IMG/VR virus record: IMGVR_UViG_3300034161_000018
Coordinates: 192,001-256,000 of that record
DNA: 64,000 bases
Source: a virus
Taxonomy: Duplodnaviria; Caudoviricetes
Direction: 5' to 3' (one strand)
In this document: piece after piece, positions 24,336 through 34,673 of the stretch
Position numbering within the stretch: position 1 is the stretch's first letter
Layout of the letters: each line of letters opens with the position of its first letter
Notes under the pieces: model-generated
What the model was told of the DNA's origin: nothing
Database searches by the model: none
Seen by the model: the letters and a program-made list of their open reading frames with translations, nothing else
Program-made: the position numbers and the translations under genes

Positions 24336-24368
24336 TAATTTAACCATACACATACAATTTACAGTTTT
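24336..24368. promoter_or_regulatory. Face-to-face promoter motifs: TAATTTA (+, 24336-24342) and AAAACTGTAAA (-, 24368-24358)
   Basis: Both recurrent motifs lie in the ~50-nt junction between the divergent blocks. Confidence 0.5.
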
Positions 24369-24378
24369 GGAGCAGATT

Positions 24379-24672
24379 ATGGGGCGCCCCAATATCCGTC
24401 TGATGACCGACCTTTCCAACGGCCACGGCTGCTTTCCTCCGTTCCTTCCGGCGCAAGCATCGACAAACGTTTTCGTAAACGGTTTGGCCGAAGTGCGAAC
24501 CGGCGATTCTTACATGGTGCATTGCTGCCCCGGAATGGGATGCCATACAGGAAAAGCTTTACCGGGCAGTTCTACCGTTTACGTGAATGGGCGATTGGCT
24601 CACACGAAAGGCGCGGGAATTGATTGCGGCGACACGGCGGGGAATGGCTCCATGAATGTTTTTACAGGGTGA
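24379..24672 (+). CDS. PAAR-like spike tip protein
   Basis: GH.CFPP...S.NVFVNG....R.GD....H.C...H.....GSSTVYVNG......G..I.CG......GS.NVF.G. Confidence 0.88.
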   Translation: MGRPNIRLMTDLSNGHGCFPPFLPAQASTNVFVNGLAEVRTGDSYMVHCCPGMGCHTGKALPGSSTVYVNGRLAHTKGAGIDCGDTAGNGSMNVFTG

Positions 24673-24675
24673 ACC

Positions 24676-25047
24676 ATGCCAGTCTATTCTGACGTAAACT
24701 TGTTTTTGGGCGCAGGCAGTCCAAACACATTGGTAACGGATGCGGATTCCGTCAACCAAAACATCATGTTGATTTGCACAACGCCGATTCGCTCCAAGTG
24801 GTTCCGCCCGCGCATCGGCTCCAACATTCCGGAATATCTGTTTGATCCAGTCGATGACATTTCGGCACAGAAAATCCGAACTGAAATTCTGACGCTATTC
24901 CCACGCAACGGCGAACTTCGGATTACGGTTGAATCTGTAATTGTGATTCCGGTTCCGGACGAACAAGTTCACTTCGTTTCGATGACTTACACTTCGCCGT
25001 ACCTCGACCCAAGCCGGGTGAAATTCGACTTCAATTTGGCGCGCTGA
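24676..25047 (+). CDS. Baseplate wedge subunit, T4 gp25-like
   Basis: V.Q.I..I..TP...K.FRP..GS.I..YLFDPVD pattern. Confidence 0.85.
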   Translation: MPVYSDVNLFLGAGSPNTLVTDADSVNQNIMLICTTPIRSKWFRPRIGSNIPEYLFDPVDDISAQKIRTEILTLFPRNGELRITVESVIVIPVPDEQVHFVSMTYTSPYLDPSRVKFDFNLAR

Positions 25048-25049
25048 CC

Positions 25050-26495
25050 ATGAGCAAAGATTTTACAAGAACGGTAGTTGACTTTGAAGATGCGGTGAAA
25101 GAAATTCATCGCGAGTTAACCGAACGTGGTTCGTGGATCGACACGTTGCCGACAAACGTTGGCGAAACAATCATTTCGATGATCGGCGGTTCGGTCGCGG
25201 CGTCGCAACACCTCGGCATTATGTCGATGCGAAACGCGTTCCTCTCCACGGCTGTGCGGGACAGTTCGATTTACGCAATTGTGCGCCAGCAAGGTACACA
25301 CATTTCCCGCCGTATCAGTTCCAGCACAACCGTGCGTTTGAAAAACTCGTATCAGGAAGCGCTGTTTATTCCGATGTATAGTTCGTTCGACATTGGCGGT
25401 GTGAAGTATTACAACAGCACGCAATTGGTATTCACTGCCGGTCAGGAAATGGACATTGAACTGACGCAAGGCGAAGTGAAAACTCAGCTTTACGATTTGG
25501 ACACTGTTGCGCCGGACTTCCTTGAGTTCTTCCTGAATCAACCGGATTTCGTTGTGACCGACGATCTGTTTGTTTTCACGACTGACAAAGTGAGCGGCAC
25601 CACACGCGTTTGGGATAAAGCGGACGGCGGCCTGTTCAAGTTCGACGGTGACGATTACGTTTATTTCGGTTCGACAACTGCAAAAGGCGACGTGTCGTTT
25701 ATTTTCGGTGACGGCGAATACGGGGCGAAACTCCCACGCAATTCCGTGCTGACTGTGCGCTACGTTGTTTCGCAAGGTGAATCGGCAAACGGAATGTTGG
25801 CCGGTGTGCGTGCGCGGTCGATTCAATATCCGCAATTGTCTGGTCAAACCATCGCCCCAACAACTGGCGGTGCAAACGTAAAAAGCAGCGCGTATTACAA
25901 ACGCTTCGGCCCGCTGATGTTTCGTGCTCGCGACAAAGCAATCAGTGCCGACGAAATCCGCGCAAAGATTGCCGACTATCCGGGCGTTGCCGACTGCTGT
26001 GTTTTGGGCCAGCGAGACATTGCACCGCAAGATCGCACTTGGATGAACACCATGCGAATTTGCATTCTGCCCGAACAGCTTGATTCGTGGGGCGGTGCAA
26101 ACCCAAATCCGAAATCGGCAAGCTGGACAAACTTCTGCAAATGGCTACAACCGCAAATCCACGCAATGATTGAAATCGACACATGCAACCCGGTAAAGGT
26201 CATGGTCGCAGTTCGTGTTTTGGTCGCAGTTCTTTCGACTGCCGATCCTGACGCAATCAAACTGAAATGCAACGAAGCAATCCTCAAGCTGTTCCAGAAA
26301 CGCCCCGGCATTCTGAAACGGCGTTTGTCGAAATCCGACATTCGCGACGCGTGCAAAATTGATGGTGTCGATTACGTCGAAGTCGAATCTTTCAACGGTG
26401 AAGAATCCATCGTGTTGACCGATCCAACTTCTTACGTGGCGCTGCAAGGTACGCCGGTTATTAATGTCGTATACACCGAGCGCGAGAATTCGTAA
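25050..26495 (+). CDS. Baseplate wedge subunit (T4 gp6/baseplate J-like)
   Basis: DFE...E., A..R.SIY.I....G, FGDG.YG..LP.NS.L.V.Y..S.G..ANG, A.DKAIS.D. Confidence 0.82.
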   Translation: MSKDFTRTVVDFEDAVKEIHRELTERGSWIDTLPTNVGETIISMIGGSVAASQHLGIMSMRNAFLSTAVRDSSIYAIVRQQGTHISRRISSSTTVRLKNSYQEALFIPMYSSFDIGGVKYYNSTQLVFTAGQEMDIELTQGEVKTQLYDLDTVAPDFLEFFLNQPDFVVTDDLFVFTTDKVSGTTRVWDKADGGLFKFDGDDYVYFGSTTAKGDVSFIFGDGEYGAKLPRNSVLTVRYVVSQGESANGMLAGVRARSIQYPQLSGQTIAPTTGGANVKSSAYYKRFGPLMFRARDKAISADEIRAKIADYPGVADCCVLGQRDIAPQDRTWMNTMRICILPEQLDSWGGANPNPKSASWTNFCKWLQPQIHAMIEIDTCNPVKVMVAVRVLVAVLSTADPDAIKLKCNEAILKLFQKRPGILKRRLSKSDIRDACKIDGVDYVEVESFNGEESIVLTDPTSYVALQGTPVINVVYTERENS

Positions 26496-29400
26496 TGGAA
26501 AAGATGACGTTTGACCAGCTCGAAACGGAAATGTTTACCTCGCAAGTTGTGTGGCAAGATTTCCTCGAAGCACTGGCGGACTTTTATCAGGAACAAGTGC
26601 GCGAACCAATGGAAGGTTTGCGTGAAGTCCGCAACATCACAGAAAAGACCGATCCGAATGTCGTGCTGTTGACGCTGCGCGACCTCGGCATTGATACGCC
26701 GCTGGATTTGATTTTGAATCCGGATCGTTTGATGAAATCGGTTTACATGATTCCGTTGATTTATCAGCATTCCGGTCTGGATTCAATGTGGCGCGTAATT
26801 GAGTTTATTCTCGGGCGCCGCATGTCTGTGCAATATCTCTGGACTCAGGATTACATTGATTTCTATCCGGAACCGTATGGCCCGCGCCGCGTCGATGGCG
26901 GAACGTGGTACAAAACCACGCACGTAAATCTGACAATGCAAACCACTGGTTCGGATGCCCGAATCATTCTGCCGCGTAATTCAACGCTGAAAGATCGTCT
27001 TCTTTCAGCGTTTTATTCTTATGCGCCGGTCAATCTGGTAATCGACAAATTCGCTTTCACGATTGACGTTGAATCCTCTGATCTGCAAATGAGCGCGGTT
27101 GTTGAAAAGCATCACCGCCGCGTAATGCGTTTCGGCGAGAACGGCACTGAGATTGATCCGGAAACCGGAAAGCCTGTTCGCCATTTCAGCATGGTCGGCA
27201 CTGACAAAATCGAAATGGGTGGCAGTGCCCAATACTACTTGGAAGAAAACGGTTTCCAATTCTTTCCTTCTGAGTGGTGGTCGGATAAACCCGGTTTGGT
27301 CAACTTCACCCCGGCTGGCCTCGCCAGTTTCGCCAACGTGCAGTTCGATACGACCGTGACTGTTTTCACAAAGTTTCTCGGTTACACCATTTCCAAACAA
27401 GTGTTGATTCAGAAAGCATTCGACGACATCCGGTTTATTCAAATCGAAGGCCCGGAAACAATTCAGGGTGGCGCGTATGCTGATTACACTGTGCGTTGTT
27501 ATCACGCGCACGGTAATGACGAACTCGATACGCAAATCACGCTTATGTCGCCGTATGCAAAAGCGGCATTCAATCGCGTGACCTGTGAAGACGTTTCCGC
27601 CGATCAGGAATTGGCATTGCACGCGGTTTATACTGTGGGTGGTGTTGATTACACGGCAGCGCTTTTGGTCGAAGTGAAACACGTTGATCCGAATCTGGTA
27701 TTGACCGACTTCTACATTGCGGGCGAAAAAGAACTGAATGAGAATTCGGTTTATCTGTTTCAGGCGAATGCGGTTTTCTCCGATGGCAGCGAACAAGCTG
27801 TTTTGTCGTCGTGGTCTACCAGTTCTTCCGTTGCGTATGCCGACAATAATGGACGCGTGACAACCGGCGTCACCGAAGGCCCGACTGACGTTTCGTTCAA
27901 AGCGAAATATACGTTCCGTGGCGTTTCGCTGGATCACACTTTCGATTCCACTGTTGTGCAAGTGTTGAATCCGTTGGTTGGCATTTCGATCCAAGGCCCG
28001 ACAATCGGATACGAAAACAACCGTTTGCAATTCAACGCATTGGGTATTTTCGCAGACGGGACAACCGGTGTCGTTGTCGCTGAATGGGCGTGCGAAGATT
28101 ACTATATCGGCGCCGATGGCATTCTGGAAGTCGGTACAACCGGCGACCGCGCAAAAGAAGTAATCGTGAAAGCGGCAGTGCGTGATTTCACTGCGGAACA
28201 TTCGGTAAACATCACACGCGATCCAATCGTGTTGACCAGCCTTGTAATTCAAGGGCCGGAAAACTTGCATGAAGGCGCAGCGGGTTCGTTCCAAGCATTG
28301 GCGATTTTCTCCGATGGCAGCAAGCAAGCGATTTCCCCAACGTGGTCGCTTGTTGATAATCCGACATGGGCAACAATTTCCAATACCGGCATCGTGGTTT
28401 TCAATGATCCGGAAGTTGGCCTTTTGGAAGTGCAGGCGGATTACCTGAAAGACGGTGTGCGCTACACGCAAACGAAAACCGTTGTGTGCATTGCGAAAAC
28501 CAACGTCATTACCGGGCTGATTGTTTCCGGGCCAAACCTTGTGAATGCGAATGAGCGAATTGTTTTAACCGCCACCGCGATTTACAAAGACGGCACAATG
28601 GAAACCGTTACTCCGAAATGGAGCGCGTCCACTCTGGATTCCAACGCGACTTACGTTGCTGCGGATGTTGTCGGTTCCGGTGTTGTGCAGGGCCGCGATG
28701 TTGATTCCGATATGGACGTAATCATTACGGCGCGCTACTTTCAGGAAGAAGTGAATTACAAAATCACCGTGCGTTACGTTGCGCCGATGGGGCCAGACAA
28801 ACCAATGACTTCGCGAATCAGCGGGCCACCAGTTTTCTACTCCAACGAAATCGCATCGTTTGCACAAATGATTCGCTTCGACCAGTGCCCGAATGAATTG
28901 GCAGTTTCATCTGATTGGTCACTCGACGTTGATTCGGATATTGCTTCGATTGACGCAAACGGATTCCTAACTGTGGAAGGCAACCGCGCCGCGACCATGA
29001 CGGTTACGGCAGTTTACACCTGCGGCGGTTACACGGTTACGGACAGTATCGTTGTTTCTTCTGTCGTTCGCGATTCCGCATACAGCACAATGTTGATGGC
29101 CGCGCCGGACACAATGGAGATTGGCGAAACTGCACAATTCAGCGCAGAAGTTTTCACACTCGCAGACGTTGTGGTTGTTGGCGGCGGTAAACTGGTGGCA
29201 TGCGAATGGGAAGTAATGACCGACTCGCTAAACATTCAGGTTTCCAGCAATGGCCTTTTGCGAATTGTTGGCCCGGTAGTGAATACCAGTTTCACAATCA
29301 AGGCCACGTACAACGACGGTTTCGAGACGATTGAAGTTTCCAAAACCGTTGCAGTCTCTGGCAGCGAACCGCTTTGGGGAACTGCGGCAATTGACGCAAG

Positions 29401-29707
29401 CAACGATGCGATTTTTGCAATGACTGGAAAACTGGTCGATGGCCGTTTCCAAATCAACGTTGGTGCCGGGCGTTATGGTTTCTTTGCGTATCCGCTGGTT
29501 TGGGGATTGGCAACTTTCAAAGAAGTCACCACGCAAATTGTCGGCGGTTGGGATGGTGCGACGTGGCCTGCGGATGGTTCCATTGGTTCGACTGCGGGGC
29601 CGCTCACAGTCAGCCGCGTTATTAACGGAATCACCACGCAATGGTACATCTACCGAACAAACTTTTCTGCAATTGGTAACACGGCGTTTGACGTTACCTT
29701 TTCGTGA
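26495..29707 (+). CDS. Baseplate wedge/tail protein with tandem Ig-like domains
   Basis: Follows the gp6-like gene; repeated L.I.GP...E.....F.A.A.FSDG.....W.....G modules. Confidence 0.72.
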   Translation: MEKMTFDQLETEMFTSQVVWQDFLEALADFYQEQVREPMEGLREVRNITEKTDPNVVLLTLRDLGIDTPLDLILNPDRLMKSVYMIPLIYQHSGLDSMWRVIEFILGRRMSVQYLWTQDYIDFYPEPYGPRRVDGGTWYKTTHVNLTMQTTGSDARIILPRNSTLKDRLLSAFYSYAPVNLVIDKFAFTIDVESSDLQMSAVVEKHHRRVMRFGENGTEIDPETGKPVRHFSMVGTDKIEMGGSAQYYLEENGFQFFPSEWWSDKPGLVNFTPAGLASFANVQFDTTVTVFTKFLGYTISKQVLIQKAFDDIRFIQIEGPETIQGGAYADYTVRCYHAHGNDELDTQITLMSPYAKAAFNRVTCEDVSADQELALHAVYTVGGVDYTAALLVEVKHVDPNLVLTDFYIAGEKELNENSVYLFQANAVFSDGSEQAVLSSWSTSSSVAYADNNGRVTTGVTEGPTDVSFKAKYTFRGVSLDHTFDSTVVQVLNPLVGISIQGPTIGYENNRLQFNALGIFADGTTGVVVAEWACEDYYIGADGILEVGTTGDRAKEVIVKAAVRDFTAEHSVNITRDPIVLTSLVIQGPENLHEGAAGSFQALAIFSDGSKQAISPTWSLVDNPTWATISNTGIVVFNDPEVGLLEVQADYLKDGVRYTQTKTVVCIAKTNVITGLIVSGPNLVNANERIVLTATAIYKDGTMETVTPKWSASTLDSNATYVAADVVGSGVVQGRDVDSDMDVIITARYFQEEVNYKITVRYVAPMGPDKPMTSRISGPPVFYSNEIASFAQMIRFDQCPNELAVSSDWSLDVDSDIASIDANGFLTVEGNRAATMTVTAVYTCGGYTVTDSIVVSSVVRDSAYSTMLMAAPDTMEIGETAQFSAEVFTLADVVVVGGGKLVACEWEVMTDSLNIQVSSNGLLRIVGPVVNTSFTIKATYNDGFETIEVSKTVAVSGSEPLWGTAAIDASNDAIFAMTGKLVDGRFQINVGAGRYGFFAYPLVWGLATFKEVTTQIVGGWDGATWPADGSIGSTAGPLTVSRVINGITTQWYIYRTNFSAIGNTAFDVTFS

Positions 29708-29714
29708 GGCTTTT

Positions 29715-30332
29715 ATGATTGCACTGAATCCGGATTTGCGTTTGATTAAACCAACCGCAAAAACTCTGACCGTGACCAGTCGCATTGCAGGCCGTGAACG
29801 TATTGCTTTCAAGATGAAGGTTTTGGGTAACAACATCAGAACCTTCAAATTGAATTTCCTGCCACCGTGCGTTGAGTGGGTTGAAGTTTATTACAACGCT
29901 CGGCGCATGTTGACCGGCTATACGATTGTGGGCCAGCAACTTACATTCGACGTTCCCCATTCCGGGCGCGTCGATGTTATTTGCGACAATGAAGACCCAA
30001 CCGATTTGGAATGGTGCGAGATTCCAATCAAAAACATGATTTCGTACACCAGCCTTGTAGACGCAAACTACGGAACCGACCGGCGCGATGGCCCTGATAT
30101 TTGTCAGCGTGTTATCCCGGTTGTAATCGTGCAACCGTCTGCGGGCTTTTGTCGTTCCAGTTTGTATTTCGACACTTTGCTGTATTGCCCAATTAAAGGA
30201 TACGAAGGGCCGGACTCGATTACTTACGCAATCTTGAATGATAGCGGCCAAGTGTCAGAACCGAAATGTATCAACATCACCGTCGAATTGCCACCGCCGC
30301 CAGAACCTCCGGTTGTTCCGCCGACCCCGTAA
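29715..30332 (+). CDS. Tail-associated protein with a C-terminal Ig/cadherin-like domain
   Basis: GAGG RBS before ATG 29715; Y.P..GY.G.DSITY...D.SG..S.....ITV. Confidence 0.65.
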   Translation: MIALNPDLRLIKPTAKTLTVTSRIAGRERIAFKMKVLGNNIRTFKLNFLPPCVEWVEVYYNARRMLTGYTIVGQQLTFDVPHSGRVDVICDNEDPTDLEWCEIPIKNMISYTSLVDANYGTDRRDGPDICQRVIPVVIVQPSAGFCRSSLYFDTLLYCPIKGYEGPDSITYAILNDSGQVSEPKCINITVELPPPPEPPVVPPTP

Positions 30333-30350
30333 TTAATTCTGGCATCCGTT

Positions 30351-30357
30351 TAATTTA
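30351..30357 (+). promoter_or_regulatory. TAATTTA putative late promoter
   Basis: Intergenic copy about 20 nt before an AAGGAG RBS. Confidence 0.55.
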
Positions 30358-30377
30358 ACGGAAAAGGAGAAAGTTTT

Positions 30378-30635
30378 ATGCAAATCATGACTACTGGCCG
30401 CAAGGTGTTTGATCCGTTTGCGCCTGCTGTCCCGCAACAATCCGTCGCTTCTTCCGTTTCTTCTGACGCGGAACACAATCGCGAAATCGCAACCGCTTCC
30501 GCCCTGACGAACATGAATCCGAATCAGTGCCCGAAATGCGGTGCGATGATGGGTAACGGCATTCTGGCAGATGGCGAGAAAGTTTATTACTGCCCACCAT
30601 GCCGCGTTACTAACCCGATCCCGGTTCCGGTTTAA
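30378..30635 (+). CDS. Small Zn-ribbon protein
   Basis: CPKC...CPPC; strong RBS. Confidence 0.7.
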   Translation: MQIMTTGRKVFDPFAPAVPQQSVASSVSSDAEHNREIATASALTNMNPNQCPKCGAMMGNGILADGEKVYYCPPCRVTNPIPVPV

Positions 30636-30646
30636 TAGGTTTTCAA

Positions 30647-32959
30647 ATGACTGACAAACTCATTCTACAAGACGCTGGACTGCGCGCAATCAACAATGCG
30701 AATGCGGGCGGCGTTTTGGTAAATCCGGTATTTTTCAAAGGTGGCGATTCTGCTCTGTCGCCCCTGATGGAGAATGCTACCGATATTCTCGGCAGCGTTG
30801 TAATCCAAGGAAATATTCACCACGTTGAGGTTGCCAGCGCAAACAGTGCTCGATTCTTTTTCGTTCTTGACGGAAACTCTGTCACGGTTGAAACCGAAAT
30901 CAAAGAACTGTGCGTCTATTTGGAAGGCGACATTCTGCTGGGCCGTTGCGTGTTCACCGAAGCAATCGTGCTGATTCCGAATGAGCTTTACGAAATCAGT
31001 GTCGTGCTCGCATCTACACGCGGCGACCTTTCTGCAATTAGCGTTGCATACGGCGATTACGAATCCATTCCAATCACTCCGTTCCTGTATCGTTTGCCAG
31101 CGCCAGCCGCTACGCAATTCAACGCGATTTCAGTTGCCAACGGTGTGACCAACGCAGCCGGGGGCGACTCGCCTATCATGGCTTTGCGTCACGGTTCGGG
31201 CGCTTTCCAGTGGGGCTTTACCGGACACACTCGCGTTTATTCCGCAAAACCAAAAACCGCAACCGTTTCCAGTTTCACGATTACGAGTTCTCAAGTTTTC
31301 GTGGATAAAGAAGTTGTGATTGTTCACGTTGTTGCAGGCACCGGCCTCGGCCAAACCCGCCGCTTCTATTACGAAGCATCCAACGGTTCGTTTATCGAAT
31401 CGGATGGTCGCAACCTGACCGATCTTGCGAATTGCACAATTGCAGTTTGGCGCGCAATGGGTGGCAGTGTGCAAGGTGGCGGTTCTTCGCTTCCTGACAA
31501 AACCAACGTTCCAGAAGATTGGGTTCTGATTTCAGGGCCGGGCGAAACCCCAGTGTGGGGGCCGCAAAAATCTGGCGCAAAAGTTTTGAATACGCTGTAC
31601 ACCGCACCTTCGCGGCTCGACGTAAACATCCTCAATTATATCGGCAACGGTGCGGAAGCGCGGTATAGCCTCGGTGAATTGAGTGTCGAAAACGCAAACT
31701 ACATTTACCCGGCACTCGGCGGCATCACGCAGCACCGTACCGCTTTCGACGTAAACGCGTCGGAATTGGAATTCGCCGAAAACATTCCTGCGGCTGTTGG
31801 TATTGACCTGCGCGTTTTCACAAAAGCGAGCAGCACCGGCACACGTTTGGAATTTACCAGCGATCACTTTGTTGGTGACGGGCAAACCGTTCGTTTCAAA
31901 CTGAAAACTGCAATTGCCGATGTGAAATACGTCTTTGCGTTTATGCAAGGTACGTTGCAGGCGATGAACGCCTACACATACGACAATCAAACTCAGGAAA
32001 TCGTTTTCACCGAACCGCCGCTCGCTGGTTTGCCGTTGGAATTCCGTGCAATTGTGCAGGTCATTGCGACCGGTTACAGCACGCGGATTGTTTCGCAGAC
32101 CTACATGATTACCGGCGAAACGCTTTTCCTCGTTCTGCCATTCAAGCCACAAACGAAAGAACAAGTTTTCCTTTCGCACCAAGGTACGCACGTTCACGAC
32201 GATCTTTATACCATCGTCGAAGACACGTTGATCCTGACCGGCTCGCTGCAAGATGGCGTCGAAGTTGAAGTATTGATTTTCGACAACGTGGAAGCGCAAG
32301 GTTCCGAAAACACAAACCTGAAAGGGATTGTGACTGACGGTTTCCTTTCGTACAAAAGCCTCAAGCTTCTGCGCAACGGAATGTCGCCGATTACTCTGCC
32401 AATTCCAGCGCCAAACTTTGAGTCTGGTGACGGCATTCGGCTGACCGGCAACTATCCGACGATTCGGATCGAAAACACTTTCGCAGCTTCGGCAGCGCAA
32501 GACCCGATTAAGAAATACACCGATCTGAAAGTTGAGAAAAACGCCAGCCAAGTGCTGAGCACGCACCGCGTCGATATTACAAACAACATGCTGATTATGG
32601 TGACTTGCGATTTCGCGGCGAAACTCGGCCCCGGATTCATGACAACCGAAGGTATGGAAAATATCGAATTCGTTGTCGGTATGCGTTCGACCAACACGAA
32701 AGAACCGGATTACGGAAAGCAAATCATTGGTACAGGCTCGGCAGGTTTTACCAGTCTGGTCGGCACCACTTCCAGTTCGACAACTGCATTCGCAAACGCG
32801 AGCATGACGCGCATTTTTGAAATCGACAAATCCAACCATCCGGCTGGCTACGTTGAAGTCATTGGCAAAATGCGAATCAACAACGCAAACGTGAGTCAGT
32901 TCCCCGCACTGCTTACCGTGAACTTAAACGTTGTTGAAATTCCAAAATGGGACACGTAA
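30647..32959 (+). CDS. Tail fibre proximal/collar-type protein
   Basis: N-terminus (L.DAGL.AI..A...G..V....FK.GD) resembles tail-collar fibre domains; repeated G.G....F.L beta modules. Confidence 0.62.
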   Translation: MTDKLILQDAGLRAINNANAGGVLVNPVFFKGGDSALSPLMENATDILGSVVIQGNIHHVEVASANSARFFFVLDGNSVTVETEIKELCVYLEGDILLGRCVFTEAIVLIPNELYEISVVLASTRGDLSAISVAYGDYESIPITPFLYRLPAPAATQFNAISVANGVTNAAGGDSPIMALRHGSGAFQWGFTGHTRVYSAKPKTATVSSFTITSSQVFVDKEVVIVHVVAGTGLGQTRRFYYEASNGSFIESDGRNLTDLANCTIAVWRAMGGSVQGGGSSLPDKTNVPEDWVLISGPGETPVWGPQKSGAKVLNTLYTAPSRLDVNILNYIGNGAEARYSLGELSVENANYIYPALGGITQHRTAFDVNASELEFAENIPAAVGIDLRVFTKASSTGTRLEFTSDHFVGDGQTVRFKLKTAIADVKYVFAFMQGTLQAMNAYTYDNQTQEIVFTEPPLAGLPLEFRAIVQVIATGYSTRIVSQTYMITGETLFLVLPFKPQTKEQVFLSHQGTHVHDDLYTIVEDTLILTGSLQDGVEVEVLIFDNVEAQGSENTNLKGIVTDGFLSYKSLKLLRNGMSPITLPIPAPNFESGDGIRLTGNYPTIRIENTFAASAAQDPIKKYTDLKVEKNASQVLSTHRVDITNNMLIMVTCDFAAKLGPGFMTTEGMENIEFVVGMRSTNTKEPDYGKQIIGTGSAGFTSLVGTTSSSTTAFANASMTRIFEIDKSNHPAGYVEVIGKMRINNANVSQFPALLTVNLNVVEIPKWDT

Positions 32960-33424
32960 ATGTGGGCAGTAAGCGCCACGGGCCTTTACGCAGGTAACGG
33001 CCCTTTTCCAGAAGGCGTGGCTTATGTCGATGAAGAAACCTTCAATTACATCCGCGACAATTTCGAGTTGTTGAATATCGAAGTCGCCAAAGAAGGGTTG
33101 AAGGTTTCCGTCGATCTGGTCGCGTACAAACAATTCGCCATATCGGAAATCAAACTCGCAGATTGGACGGAGCACAAAGGGATCAAGGTTTTTGACCATG
33201 AACTCGCTCTGGTCATGCAGCTTGAAACCCGGTATGGCGAAATCTATTTGCGGAACGGTTTGTTTAAAGGCACCAGTGGTTCGCTGGCTTCGGCGATCAA
33301 TAACCGAAACCGTTTATTCCACACGGCTGTCGCGGCAATCAACGCCGCACAAACCCCGCCCGAGGTGGACGCTGCACTGGAGTCGTATTCAGATGGCAAA
33401 CGAATTAACGAAAGCGAGTCTTGA
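32960..33424 (+). CDS. Probable tail fibre assembly-type protein
   Basis: Position after the fibre gene; helical C-terminus R..LF...V..INAA.T..EV.A. Confidence 0.5.
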   Translation: MWAVSATGLYAGNGPFPEGVAYVDEETFNYIRDNFELLNIEVAKEGLKVSVDLVAYKQFAISEIKLADWTEHKGIKVFDHELALVMQLETRYGEIYLRNGLFKGTSGSLASAINNRNRLFHTAVAAINAAQTPPEVDAALESYSDGKRINESES

Positions 33425-34655
33425 CGGAAACAGCGTCAAAGTTCCAATTGGCGCGCCGGTCATTACAAACAAACGCGACGGAAATTCCACGTCAATTAAA
33501 GCGTTGATGACCGGCCAGCAATTGACGCTGTTGCAAATGCAAACCATTGAAGCCCTTGGCTACGATGGAAAACAGATTGGGCGAAACTCTGCGACCAACG
33601 AATTCGATTTCGTAACGCCGGAAGTTGCCAACTCTGAAAAATCAGTACAGTGGTCGTTCGATAGAGAAAGCGGGCAAATCGTTTTCGTTCGTTCCAGTGG
33701 CGAAGTTGTTACGATTTCCGGTTTTCTTCGGCAGATTGATTTCGGTGTTGGCCCGCAAGGCCCGCGTGGCAATCCGGGGAAGGATGGCGAAGATGCAGAA
33801 GACGGTCGCGACGGAAAAGACGGTGACACGGGTTGCGCTGGAACAACTGGCGCAGATGGGCGCACTGGTGAAATTGGTGACTACGGCGAAGAAGGCCCGG
33901 TCGGCCCTGACGGATTAACTGGCGCACCCGGCCCAACTGGCCCAACTGGAATTATCGGCCCGCAAGGAATTCCCGGTCGTGAAGGTAAACGCGGGCCAAA
34001 AGGTTTTTCGTGCCCCACAACTTTGATTGGCCCCGATGGCCCTCAAGGTCGAGAAATGAATAAGTTTGTTGGATTGTTGGCAGCGCCCGGTTCAACAGAT
34101 TTGATTTGGGCGGCACCAGAAGATTGCCTTTGTGCATTCGATCCAACTGATCCGGAATTCGTGGACGGTGTGCAGACTTATGCAGTCAGCACAATTACAC
34201 TTATTGCACCTGATCTTTTGTGTCCGGCGGGACAAACTGTTGGCGGCGTAGTCGGCGGGCCAACCACGGCTTCCGGCACGTACACAGAATCGGTAATGTC
34301 GGACGGTTCGATTCAACGTTCGGCCTACAATTACGGCGGCGCATATTGCGCAGTGGCGACAACTTCGGAACCACACGTAATCATTACCGAAAAATATGTT
34401 CCGAACAGCACGCAAGTTACAAAACAAGTCAGCAAAACCAACCCGAACGAAGCGTGGTATTTCTTCTACGAAGGCGGGAAGCTGGTTCACAAAGTCCGCC
34501 GCGTTTCTGCGGGTGGCGCTTACAATTACACCGCTGCCGATCCAGATATTCGCGAAGACGGTATGAAGTTCTGGCAGGGCGCGTTGCAGACAACTCAGTC
34601 TGACGCAAACTGGAATTACTACATCTACACTTACGCGGGCAGTTTCACCGTTTAA
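33393..34655 (+). CDS. Collagen-like fibre protein 1
   Basis: GGAG RBS before ATG 33393 (MANELT); Gly-X-Y run at about 33748-34060. Confidence 0.78.
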   Translation: MANELTKASLDGNSVKVPIGAPVITNKRDGNSTSIKALMTGQQLTLLQMQTIEALGYDGKQIGRNSATNEFDFVTPEVANSEKSVQWSFDRESGQIVFVRSSGEVVTISGFLRQIDFGVGPQGPRGNPGKDGEDAEDGRDGKDGDTGCAGTTGADGRTGEIGDYGEEGPVGPDGLTGAPGPTGPTGIIGPQGIPGREGKRGPKGFSCPTTLIGPDGPQGREMNKFVGLLAAPGSTDLIWAAPEDCLCAFDPTDPEFVDGVQTYAVSTITLIAPDLLCPAGQTVGGVVGGPTTASGTYTESVMSDGSIQRSAYNYGGAYCAVATTSEPHVIITEKYVPNSTQVTKQVSKTNPNEAWYFFYEGGKLVHKVRRVSAGGAYNYTAADPDIREDGMKFWQGALQTTQSDANWNYYIYTYAGSFTV

Positions 34656-34673
34656 TCTTGTGGAGCATTTGGG

